Below the pieces are notes generated by a model that was not told the origin of the DNA, searched no databases, and saw only the letters and a list, made by a program, of their open reading frames with translations. Position numbers and translations under genes: made by a program. 64,000 bases of DNA from Anthoceros angustus (Eukaryota; Plantae; Anthocerotophyta), in NCBI GenBank assembly GCA_010909165.1, contig VJWM01000192.1:248001-312000 (forward strand), given 5' to 3'. Of the stretch, positions 14,086 to 25,779 are shown one piece after another. How positions within the stretch are numbered: the first letter of the stretch is position 1; each line of letters begins with the position of its first letter.

Positions 14086-14226
14086 GGCGGCGTCTTATAG
14101 ATATACATACATAGGCGGCGTCTTATAGATATACATACATAGGCGGCGTCTTATAGATATACATACATAGGTGGCATCTTCTAGATATACATACATAGGC
14201 GGCGTCTTATAGATATACATACATAG
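14086..14226. repeat. Tandem repeat, 5 x 28 bp GGCGGCGTCTTATAGATATACATACATA
   Basis: Five adjacent copies, one with a few substitutions; no spacers. Confidence 0.95.
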
Positions 14227-14289
14227 ACAATCACGATGATATGTCGCCCCATATACATGTTGACAATTGAAATGGCACAAGCAAACGCT

Positions 14290-15300
14290 CCGAATCCAAG
14301 CTGCTTACTAGGCCATCGTCTCTGACAACTGGAAATTGCTTCCTCTGAAAGCAACTTGGGAAACCTCTTCTGCAGTGCAATGATCCGACTCCATGCAACA
14401 ACCCTTGTCTTCTCATTCACCTCCACACAGCTGTATAGTGAGACCCGAATTCCACACTACAAAGCAGCTTCTAATCCACTGGAAATTCCAAAGCAGAGCT
14501 CCAGCAAATGAATGCCTTTTGAGCTTGCCCGCCATTTAATCACAGTGTCATGAATCCTCCAACCCTGCGCTTTCAACACACGAACCTACCGCATCGCATG
14601 CTCCGGACACACCTTTCCAAGCTGCCAGGGTTTGGTTTCCTTTCGACACTGATTTTCCCTCCTTCTCGCATCCCTAAGATGTTGACTGTTGTTAATCCTT
14701 TAGCATGCCACCCTGCCCTTCCGGCTTCGCGACCTCCGTACAGCTGAGTTCCTATATATCCTGCCACATTTCCTCTCTATGCTCACTATGAGTAGAGCAG
14801 GGAGATGCAGTAGCATGAGCCGCCATTCTCCTGCCCGTCCCAGGTTGCCTTCGCATATCTAGGGGTAACCTCGCCACTGTGCTGAAATCGCCATCCTTCC
14901 AACCTAGCCTGTAGAACCCGACGGAGTGCAAGGGATCCACCCCCATTGCGGGTCCATGAGTTGCATTTGCGCCAAGCAAGACATCATACGTCCTTGCATT
15001 CGTGACAAGACACTGAACCTCAACTACACACGAATCTGGTGTTCCTAGCTTCAGTTTGATTTCTACAGGCTCCTTGGTCATTCCCAAAACCTGTTCCTTT
15101 GTTCTTACAGCGGTCGGAATTACAACATCATCTGGGACCAATTTGCTGCCGTACAGCTTGAGCGCCTCCTACACACGAGCTCCTAACATGACTAGATTTG
15201 CATAAGTGTCCATGAGCACTTGCTTCAAAGCGAAATCGTCAAAGGTGATCTCTCGACTTGCGTTGGCTAAGCCACTCCGCCTCATCCTCTACCACCTGGT
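14290..15300 (-). pseudogene. Ty3/Gypsy pol fragment: aspartic protease followed by the N-terminus of a C5-DNA methyltransferase
   Basis: Minus strand VLMDTYA..(protease)..VEVQCLVTNARTYDVLLG (~14750-15230), then IKWRASSKGIHLLELCFGISSGLEAAL*CGIRVSLYSCVEVNEK (~14410-14545), resembling DNMT motifs I-II. Confidence 0.7.
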
Positions 15301-16100
15301 TTCAAGTGATCTCCAGGCAAACTAACCATGCCAGCTGCTGCTACATCATCCACGTAAACTTCTTTAGGAATCCACTCTTACATCACCTGATTAAATTGAG
15401 GAGACTTCACTCCCAAATCACGAAGGCTCACGACAGGAATTTCCAAGGCTATGTCTAGCACCATCTCTGTGCTCTGCAACTAGCTAGTTGTGTCCGTGAT
15501 CTCACCTCCACTATACAACTGCCTGAATGACCTCGGCATTCTTGAACATGGTAATATTTGAAGGGGCTGAATATACATCAAGCGGCTTCATAGGCCAATA
15601 TACGCTGAATGGGGTTTGTGATGGGTATCAAATTGGTTCTATGCTACATAGATAGCGGAAAACACTGAAAAATTATGGTGTACAGCTTGTGGATCATAGG
15701 ATCCATGGATGACGATTGGGACAAGAATGGTCTGCACGCCGGCACAATACATGATTCTAAGGGAATGGAGACCCATGCCGTAACAAAGTGCATAGATGCA
15801 GAACGTATGAATCCGTGCGCTGAAGGAATTGCGGCTTATTCATGTATGTCCTCATGTCCTTGCCAACCCAAAAACCATAATGCATGGACTTCCGGAAAAA
15901 GGAATACATCGGCTGAACACCTCGCAATATGCAGGATACCATGGTCTGAGTCGGGTGAGAGGGTTAGGGCGCCGGCATGCCGGCGCCCATTTTCATGCCG
16001 GCGCTCTAACACCATGTGCACATGCTCATTCGAATGTGCAAGGAGAGCAAGGGTCAGGGGGTAAATGCGCTAGCATGCCGGCGCATTCACCCCTGACCCC

Positions 16101-16786
16101 TGTCAAGCCATGCTGATTAATTAGGCTAGCTAATTAATTAACCTAGGTAATCAGGCCGATTATTAAATAACCAGTCCGAATTAGGCAGGCATGAAACGTA
16201 TGGGTTCGTTTAGGGCTCGGGAGGCGTGAAGGGCAAACATATGATCTTGGATGATGACGAACGTGAGTGGTAGGCGGCTCGGCATTATTACGCAAGATGG
16301 CTGTGAGGTTGCGTGGCGGCATGGCGCCGGTGTGGAGTGAGACCGCGGGCAGCCAGAGCAAGTGTGGCCGAGATAAGTGCATGCGGCTTAGCAAAGTAGT
16401 TGTCGAAGTTCTCAAGTAGCGACTTCTTTGCGGCTTGGACTTTCCGTGTGTAGGCTGGGGACATAAGATATCTTTGTGTGATTTCTCGATGTCAGACAAG
16501 TCGGAGCGTCATGTCGTGTGTGTGGTCTGAGTGTGTCGTGTTGATGCTGGGCTGAGGACTTACTGCAACTCACCGAATCTGGTTTGTTAGGGCGGTGTGT
16601 CTGAAGATCTGCTGGTGTTTCGAGTTGGCTGATCTGGCTGGGCTGCGCCCGTAGGCGTTGTGAAACCGAGATTGCGTCACGGTGGTTCACCGTTCGCGGT
16701 TTTGCCCAAACACTGGTTTTGAGTGAACAAGACACATTAGCGCTCCTTGCGGTAGCGATGTTTCTTTAGTATGGTTTTACTTGACA
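16101..16786 (+). repeat. 5' terminal repeat segment A (TGTCAAG...CTTGACA)
   Basis: Aligns with 24023-24346 (partial) and 24521-25205 (near full); bounded by a 7-bp inverted repeat. Confidence 0.88.
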
Positions 16787-19700
16787 ACGCTTTCTCGAAA
16801 CTTGCGCCATCGACGTGTCTGCGAGTTGTTGTGTGCACAAGATCTACATCCCGATTCATGGGCATCATGGTGTGGACCTAACGTGCTGATTTGTGAGCTA
16901 AGGGAGTGACAGGATACTCACAGGTGAGTGTCTCGGTGGAGGGTGGTACACCTATCTAAGCTTCTGTTGGTGTTCTAGCAAGGAGTCGTGGTCAAGTCGT
17001 GAGCACAAATTTTTGTGTCATGCTCTTCCCTTTCCTAACCTCCACATTAATTACGACTTTGTTACTTTTGCATGGGCTATACATGTCATCGATGGGAGCG
17101 ATGAGGAGCCTATCATTTGAGAAGCGGGGTACCACAGCGACCTTGGGTCTCACAATGAGAGCACGGCGTCAGCATGAGGCTTGGTTCATCCGAGTTAGGG
17201 GCTGGTTGAGGCCACATCGTCATCCTCTACCTCCTGGCCAGAGTACCACGGGCCAGAGTACTGTTGGGGTAGTGTCCGGTCCTGTTGAAGCAGTAGGAGT
17301 GAGTTGGTCACCTCTATCGACCATTGTTCAAATCGTGAGTGGAGCTACCGATTCGAGGAGGAATGCAGAGTCTGATACCATGGAAGGATCTCGAGCAGCT
17401 GTTCACAAGTCCGAGAAGTTTTCTGGTAGACCAGGGACGCAGACTCTTAGGGACTTCAAAAGCATGGCTTCTTAACTAGTCGCGTCGAGTTTAAGCATGG
17501 AGCCGCCTACACTCATCGGTACATGTTTGAGCAATGCACAGGTATCTAGCGGATGAGGCCACGGATCATTTGAGATTCATGCACCGTAAATGTTGGCGAG
17601 TAGAGAAGCCTAACCACACTCTGTGGCTCTGTAGCACATATGATTTGATAGCCGCTGCAGAATGCTCATCAAGCGATTGCGGTGGCACAATTGCGTCCAG
17701 TCCCACCACCATGGTGAACATGACTCCACGGAGATGGCTATCGCTACGGTGGCGTTCGGATATGTTAGATGTGCCCAATCATGACAACCACAGAGAAGAC
17801 TTCTTTGCAATTTTGGATAAGGCCTTCCCAACCAAGACCCACGAGAAAATTGCCGAGCTTGGACCTTTCTTGCAAGAAGGGTGAAAGCATGATGGCCTTT
17901 AGGCGATTACGTAAATTGAGGGATGGCACGGGTATGTTGGTGACGAGGCGGCCTGAAGTTCTTGGTCGCCTTGAAGCCCGACCCCATGTTTCATTATCGA
18001 CTTTACTACGTTGGTTGACAAGTATGGGGACAACTACACCGGATCAGTCTATCGAAGCGGAGAAGAAGGAGTTGGCCTTCTCGGTATGCTTCCATACCAA
18101 GGCTTTCCACCATTACCAAAAATGTTTTCGGGGAAGGGTAGTTCGGTAACGCAGTCACACAAGGGCAAGGAGTCCAAGCCCAGAGGCCACTTGTCACCAC
18201 ACTTTGTAACAGTGTGTTGAACACCTTTGCCTCTTTGCACATGCGGGCAATCACGACTCCTTACGCGCTCATTGCAGAAACCAGTCACGTGGAGGCGGTT
18301 TGTTTTTCAAAGTATCCGGAGCGGCGACCTTGGAAAAGCAGGATAGACTCTAGTGCCGCCACTAAGCCTACCATCACTATTGGGAGCAAGCAGCACGTGC
18401 CTCGGCGGGCGGCCGGAGGAAATCACATCGATGAGCCAAGTCAAGCGCGACAAGGCTAAGCAAGGCTGCTGCTCAAATGATCGCCACAGACGCCATGGTG
18501 CTGACTAGTCAGCACTTTGGCGGCAAGCTTGAATCCTAAGCGCCAATGCTATGGAAAACAGCTCGGGACATCGACGATCTTGGTGAAGATTATGGGCGAT
18601 CATGGAGGCTTATGCAACACACAAGGAGAAGCGGTCAAAATGAACCATTGCATGGCAAAGGTCTAAGCGAGTTGATTCGTCCAGGCGATGTCAGTTACCA
18701 CAAACTGTGGGTCACCTCTTAGAGGCAGCTCACCACACGCCGGAGCTAGAGCGCAATGCCCAGTCTTTCCAGAACTTCCATCGAGTCCAAAGATACCGGT
18801 GAGAGGGTCAAATCATCTACCTAAAGGGGATCAAGAGGAGCAAAGGTGACCGGGTTCCTAGCCGATCACAAGCTAGACACACAAGTCCGAGCAGTGCTCG
18901 ATTGCGACCATGGTGTTAACGCAAGGAGTTGTTGAAGAGGGTGTACACGGCACCCACCCCCTTGGGGATGTAGGAATTGAAGAGGCTAACTTGGACACCA
19001 TCTCTCCCAGTTTGAGGTAATCTTGTTGGGCGATGATTGCAGACCATCATGGTCGGGGCTGGATTCACTTGTTTCCGCAAGGCTGCATACAATTGGCTTG
19101 GGAAAGTCGTGGTCTACCAATCGTCTGACCCACAAATCGCGCAAGGCCACAAAGTAACGTGCTTGTGGACAATCGGGCTAGCCATGTCTTTGGTAAATGG
19201 ATTTGCACCAATGTGTTGTTGGACACGGGGAGCACCAGTGATCATAGGGAAGGTTAGGTTGCGGCTAGAAGGGAGTGCGTTGAAGCCTTCCCCATGGAAC
19301 ATTCGCACAGCTTCGGGGGCAGTTGAGCCTGTGAAAGGGGAAACAGTCCAACCAGTCAAGATCACTTTGAAGCCCAACACACAGATGAGGTGAGCTTGGC
19401 AGTGCGTTGTCTAGTCACGGGTGCCACCAATTATGACATCCTGTTGGGACAGGAATTTCTGTTTCCTCCAGGAGTCTCAATTGACAAGCTGACAGCAGGC
19501 CTTTTTAGGCAGTTAGCGAGGGGGTACCTACCTACCTTGGATTTGCATGGGGCTGCAGCAGTGAGGCTACACTGGTGGAAGACAGCACAGGTAGTGCGGA
19601 TCCCTTGGGGATGGGCAGTTCCCTATTACCACCAGTTATCGCGCTCAAGCATGGTTAGGTGAGTGTGGAGAGGATGAGGACATCCTCTCACATGCTCATG

Positions 19701-19899
19701 AGGGAGATGTGTTGGGAACCACATCCTCTCGTGTCTCGATATCCACCATTCCGAGCCTCCCATAGCGGAGGAGCATGCGGAAGCTCAAGAAAGCGATTGC
19801 TCGTGTTATGCAAGTGCTGCGAAAACCTTCACAGACCACGGGGAGGGAGCACATGTTTCCCCATTCAGCGATCTGTGATTACTTGGCTACCTTCATCAC

Positions 19900-20760
19900 G
19901 AGGTATCACCTTGGTGGAGCTGTTTGGGGCCTATGTCTTGGTCTTGAGGCGGTCTTGAGGTGTAGCATCACGTCTTGAGTACATCTCGTGATGTTTGTCC
20001 AATTTAGGCATATTGCACACATCGGTGCACTAAGCAGCTTCCCAGAATTTTCCAGCAGCGGTGAGCATGTTTGACACTCTCCCACAGAACATTTAGTACA
20101 TCTAGCAAGCACACGTTCAAGCCCTTGGGCATGTGGATTTGGCGGTGCGGGGATAAGTGCAAGGCCTATCCCAAGCCGGAAAGGAGCGGGTTGCAAGATA
20201 ACCGTTCGAGGCTTATTTAGGGATCGGTGCAAGTACTTCACTCTGGGATCAACATCCTCAAGTGGCTTATCTGGAGAACACACCAGCCCAATTGGATGCT
20301 CGGCCACAATGCTGCAAGACATGGGCGTGATCCCACATCATTGGACCTCCTTCACCATGGATGCACTGTGGGCAGCTATGCTCACAGAATTGGATTGGAC
20401 CAATTTGGTCCTATCTATCACTTGGCTTTACAGCAATGAGAGCCACATCTCCTACAGGATGTCCTGGATGACAATCATACTCCCAAGCCTGTTGCAGCCA
20501 AGGAGCGAGCCCCTTGGTTTCCTACCAACACACCTGGCGAGCCAAGGAGAACTCTGCCCACAGTGGTCAGCTATCCTGGCTCCTATGCTTATAGGAATAA
20601 CGGTCCTGGTATGCTTTTTAATGAAGATACCAAGGTGTGGGAGGAACCTATAGTGGAGGAGAGGGAACGGGTGATGGGTCTCCACACCCACAAAGACCCG
20701 CACCCAAGGCTTCAGGAGGTTTTTGCACTTGGCCGTGCCATGGATGTCATGCTCGACGGG
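19900..20760 (+). pseudogene. C5 cytosine methyltransferase domain (DNMT3-like), frameshifted, inside pol
   Basis: Ordered motifs across frames: I GITLVELFGxLCLGLEAVL; IV HVDLAVxG..C(Q)GLSQAGKGAGLQDNRS.LF; VI AYLENT; VIII DA..GSYAHR...WTNL; IX EERERVMGL; X FALGRAMD. Confidence 0.82.
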
Positions 20761-23644
20761 TCACCTTTGCTTGGCTTTCGATGCTCACCGGACCTCGAGG
20801 CGGGACCCCTTCTGTTCATAGTACTTTTCTTGTCATCCCGATCGTTCACTTGCCATTCCACGGCTTTTCGCTCGGTCCTATCACCGACGCAATGGGGTGG
20901 AGCACATGTTTCCCAAACTGTTGTTTACCTTGATGGATCTAGGACCGGGGCTCAACCGCCAAGACTTCACCTACTATGGAAACTTTTGGTTGGACCATGG
21001 GTCCTCAATTGGATTAGGCGTGTCTGGGCTTTGCTTTTACAATACTCAGTTGTTTTGCTTTCGGCATGAAGGATTTGAAGAGGTGCAATGTCATGACCTT
21101 GATTAAGCTCAACACCACGAGCCTATCTACAGCGCAGAATCTGAGTTGAGCCACCGAATGGAAACCGTGGACGCCAGGAGTTGTATAAGGTGGGCTAATT
21201 AGGCCCTCTAGTTCTCGCATTGCCAGCTTCTTCCACCTAAGAAGGGCGATCGGGCTTTTTAACGAATGTGTGGGGACTATCGTCCCATCAATGCGTAACG
21301 ACTACGGATAGGTATCCTATGCCTACACGGAGGAGTTGTTTCGACGATTGCTCTGTTCTTTTCTACTGGACTCAAGCGGGGCTTCAATCAGTGTGGCGAG
21401 AGGAGGACATTCCCAAGACAGTTTCATGGAGCCCACCAGCTGTGGGAGTGGCTGGTCATGCCTTTTGGGTTCAAGAATGCACCTGACTTTCCAAAGAGTC
21501 ATGGACAAAATCTTGGCAGGGCGCCTCATCTTTTGTGTTACATAGATGATGTATTGGTCCATAGTGTGGACTTTGACACTCATCTGATGCATCTGGAGGA
21601 TTTGTTCCAGAGGCTGCAAAAGGCCCAGCTAACATGTCATCCAGCCAAGTGTGAATTTGCCATGGACACAGTTGCATATCTTGGGCATCGGATTCTGCCA
21701 GATGGCATAACACCACATGCTGCTAAGGTGCAGGCCATCCAACAGATCCAAGCCCCAACTAATGTGCCTGCTCTTAGGGCTTTTTTAGGGTTGTGCAATT
21801 ACTATAGGGTCTATGTTCGGCCTTTAGCATTGCTAAGCCCTTGAATGATCATTGCGCAAGGAGACAACCAGGATTGGACGAGAAAGTTGTCAAGCTGCGT
21901 TTGAGGGCTTGAAGAGCAAGCTGAGGCAAATGCCAGTCATGGCCATACCTGATTTTTCCAAGCCTTTTGTCCTCCATACAGACTGGAGCATTTTGGGGCT
22001 GGGAGCTGTGCTAGCACAAGTGGATGCTGAAGGTCAGGAGAGGGTCATTGCCTATGCTTCAAGAAGCAACAACAGGGCAGAAGCAAATTACTCCAGCTAT
22101 GAAGGGGAGTTGCTTGCAGCTGTGTGGGCTATCTGCCATTTTCGCCCTTATCTGTATGGGCGAATGTTTACCTTGGTAACAGACCATCAGCCCTTGAAAT
22201 GGCTGATGTCTAATACGAAGCTTAGTGGGAAACTCGCAAGATGGGCAATGATTCTTCAGGACTATGAGTTTGAGGTGGTTCACCGGCCTGGAACCAAGCA
22301 CCAGAATGCAGATACGCTGTCACGCAACCCTGGACAGAGTAGCGAGGACAATACCGAAGCTCGCCAGGACGGTGACATGGAGGAAACTCCCAATGCTGCA
22401 GCTTTGGTGACCATGCTTTGCGTGGTACAGGTCTGTGCTAACAGCCGTTTTCAGCCACACAAGGATGTGTGGAGTGAAGCCACATTGCGATGTGAAGACT
22501 GGGCAAATGGATGCTAGCTTGGATGCACATCGGCAAGAGAAGGTGCTGAGCAGACTTATGAGTGGAGGGATGGGTACCGAGGAGGCGGCAGAACGTTTGG
22601 TGCCTCCACCATGGATCGTCTGAGCTTATCCATAGGGTGCATGAAGATCTAGGCCATTTTGGTGTGAAGCGCACCTCGATGCCTCCATCCACATTTCCCG
22701 GCATGGCATGTTCACTCGAGTGCGAGGAGGTGGCAGTGTGCTCAATGTGGCAGGTCAAGGCTTCTTTTAGCAACCCTCATTCGGCTGCGTTGCCCATCAT
22801 GGGACTCTTCTTTAGGTGGTCCTGACTTGGTGGAGAATTTCCACGCACACCACGTGGCAATGTTTACATCATGGTCATGATTGAACATTTTGCGAAGTGG
22901 GTGGGCGGTAGCACTTCCGGACAAGACATCACGCACCTCAAGCATTTTGCACAATGTGCTTAGCGATTTGGGGCGATCTTGAGTGTCTCCAGACGAGGAG
23001 CTGAGGTGGTGAGTTTCGGATCTGGATGGTGCACTTATTGACCACGGCGCTGGCCGTGATCACCCTGGCGAGCGGGTTGGGCGAGAGGATGGTGCAGACC
23101 ATCAAGCAGGCGTTGAAAGCTATGCCTCACCAAGCCCAAGAGTTGGGACTTGGCTTTGCCATACATTGCTATGGGCTACAGGATGAGCAAGCATGCATCG
23201 GCCAACTTTCACCTTACTTCCTTTTGTTTGGAAGAGAGCCGGTACCACTGTGGCCATTGCTCGCCAGATGCAAGTGTTGAGTTTGGATGACCCGGCCGCA
23301 TGGGCCAAGGCTATTGGGGAACGTGCGGCCTTATTAGGCGGTGATGCCAATGGCTATGGCCAATCTCAAGATAGCTCGATCGTGATACACTCGGTATGCT
23401 CATACCGGGGTGGGAGTTTCCACCCTAAGGTCGGAAATTTCAGCCGAGGACTATGTCTATCTACGGCAAACACAGGATACTTTGGAGCCTAGCACCGGCG
23501 AGACATGTGTTACGTGTGCGAGAGGTGCGTAGAAATGGAGTGTTCTGGCGGGTCGATGGGCGGGTTACAGCGGACCACATGAAGAATTGTGCCCCATGCC
23601 ATCGCCCAACTTGGACCCCACTGGTCACGGTGGGTCCCTCGGTT

Positions 23645-23785
23645 GACTATCCATGTCGGTGTGCGGAGAATTGATGATCCGGCACTCATGTTGTTGTGTG
23701 ATGGTCGCAATGGCGGCTACCACCTATTTTGTCTTGACCACCCGGAGGTGCCGGTCGTGGTATTGCCCCTTTGCCGAGCTAGGGA
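23645..23785 (+). pseudogene. PHD finger at the C-terminus of the integrase
   Basis: YPC.VCRRIDDPALMLLCDG(R)NGGYHLFCL..PEVP...WYCPxC, C4HC3 spacing read across indels. Confidence 0.8.
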
Positions 23786-23848
23786 CACGATGTGGTGATC
23801 GGTGACTCCTTGGATTTTCCTTTGGCATCGATGAGCTTGCTGCGGTTT

Positions 23849-25366
23849 GGTGGCTTGTAGCACCACAGGATGAGGATTTACGATTCCGTTCATCCACGCT
23901 CATTTTCTCACGATCACGTTCATAGCGACCTACTGAGTGTGAGGTTAGGACTTTCGTTCGCGTACAATTTTGGTTGCCTAATGTCAAGGGCACTTTTGGC
24001 TAACTGCTTTGTTTCGGCCGACGGTCAAGCCATGCTGATTAATTAGGCTAGCTAATTAATTAACCTAGGTAATCAGGCCGATTATTAAATAACGATCCGA
24101 ATTAAGCGGGCATGAAACGTATGGGTTCGTTTAGGGCTCGGGAGGCGGGCGTGAAGGGCAAACATATGATCGGATGATGGAGCGTGGTGGTGGGCAGCTC
24201 GGGCATTATTACGCAAGATGGGTTGTGAGGTTGCGGCGTGGACATGGCGGTGTGGAGTGAGACCGCGGGGCGAGGAGTAAGTGTGGCAGATAAGTACAGT
24301 GCGGGGCTTAGCAGTAGTTGTCGAAGTTCTCAAGTAGCGACTTCTCGGTGGCTTGTAGCACCACAGGGGGATGAGGATTTACCGATTCCGTTCATCCGCT
24401 CATTTTCTCACGATCACGTTCATAGCGACCTACTCAGAGTGTGAGGTTAGGACTTTCGTTCGTACAATTTTGGTTGCCTAATGTCAAGGGCACTTTTGGC
24501 TAACTTGTTTATTACGGCGGTGTCAAGCCATGCTGATTAATTAGGCTAGCTAATTAATTAACCTAGGTAATCAGGCCGATTATTAAATAACCCGATCCGA
24601 ATTAGGCGGGCATGAAACGTATGGGTTCGTTTAGGGCTCGGGAGGCGTGAAGGGCAAACATATGATCGGATGATGACGTGGTGGTGGGCAGCTCGGGCAT
24701 TATTACGCAAGATGGCTGTGAGGTTGCGAGCGTGGGCAGCATGGCGCCGACGGTGTGGAGTGAGACCGCGGGCAACGGCCAGGAGTAAGTGTGGCACAGA
24801 TAAGTACCAGACTGCGGGGCTTAGCAAAGTAGTTGTCAGAAGTTCTCAAGTAGCAGCCTGCTACGGCGCGCGGCTTGGACCTTCCCGTGTAGCCGGCTAG
24901 GGGACATAAGATATGCTGTGTGATTTCTCAGTAATCAGAGCAAGTCGTGAGCGTCATGTCGTGTGTGTGGTCTGAGTGTGTCGTGTTGATCTTTGGTGAG
25001 GACTTCACGCAACTCACCGAATCTGGTTTGTTAGGCGGTGTGCTGAGATCTTGGTGTTTCGAGTTGGTGATCTGGTCGTTGCGCCCGTAGGTGTTGTGGA
25101 GATTGCGTCACGGTGGTTCACGCGTTCACATTTTGCTTTGGTTTTGAGTGAACAAGACACATTAGCGCTCCTTGCAGCGCAACGATGTTTCTTTCGTATG
25201 GTTTTGGATAAGGATTTACCAGGATTTCGTTCATCCCTGCTCATTTTCTCACAGTCACGTTCATAGCGACCTCCTCAGAGAGTGTGAGGTTAGGACTTTC
25301 GTTCGCGTACAATTTTGGTTGCCTAATGTCAAGGGCACTTTTGGCTAACACTGTTTCAGCACGACA
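23849..25366 (+). repeat. 3' terminal repeat array B1-A'(partial)-B2-A-B3
   Basis: B (~150 bp, ..GAGGATTTA..GTGAGGTTAGGACTTTCGTTCG..GGGCACTTTTGGCTAAC) at ~23871-24022, ~24372-24520, ~25206-25366; A at 24023-24346 and 24521-25205. Confidence 0.9.
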
Positions 25367-25779
25367 CCCCTGCTCTCCTTGCAAAATCTAAATGAGATGG
25401 TGCCGCCCGTCAATCCAAACCGATGCAATAGTGAACTGAATTCTCTGTTTGCCTGGTCCACATGAGCGGAGGAACTTAGTTTTTATCCCCCCGTGTCTTG
25501 TTCTTTGAGCAACACGCCTCAAACTAGGGTTGGGGAAACAAAGTGTGATTAACCCTAGGGATTTGGGATCTCTACTTCATTGCGAGAATGTTCAATGAAG
25601 AAATCGATCCGTTTCATGTAAGGGGGGCCCCGCATGCCCATAGTAATAACATTTTCTTTGTGATACGGGAGATAATAAAATTCACTCACAACCTGATACT
25701 ACGCTCCCGTCTTCCCATTGGCCATGACAACACCATCCAATAGATCTCACTTATCTTGCACCAACCAACAGAATAACAT

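Larger units (their letters stand above)
16101..25366 (+). mobile_element. Ty3/Gypsy-type retrotransposon: gag - PR - DNMT - RT - RNase H - IN - PHD, with split direct terminal repeats
   Basis: Ends TGTC...GACA with a CCCC (or ACCCC) duplication. gag ~17380-18350; protease LLDTGA ~19215; RT MPFGFKNAP..YIDD ~21100-21840; RNase H TDWS..YASR..TDHQPL 21852-22330; integrase GHFGVKRT..ERMVQTIK ~22630-23250. Confidence 0.9.

Noticed and set aside
14086-14226. 28-bp repeats as a CRISPR array
   Set aside because: No unique spacers, eukaryotic context and no cas genes; it is a plain tandem repeat
19900-20760. Independent host DRM/DNMT gene or bacterial contamination
   Set aside because: The domain is collinear inside pol, has no introns or DRM permutation, and recurs at the same position in a second element
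16101-25366. DIRS/Ngaro tyrosine-recombinase element, suggested by split repeats and a methyltransferase
   Set aside because: It has an aspartic protease, a Gypsy-type integrase and a TSD; no YR motifs were seen, and the MTase motifs are C5-type rather than the adenine MTase of DIRS
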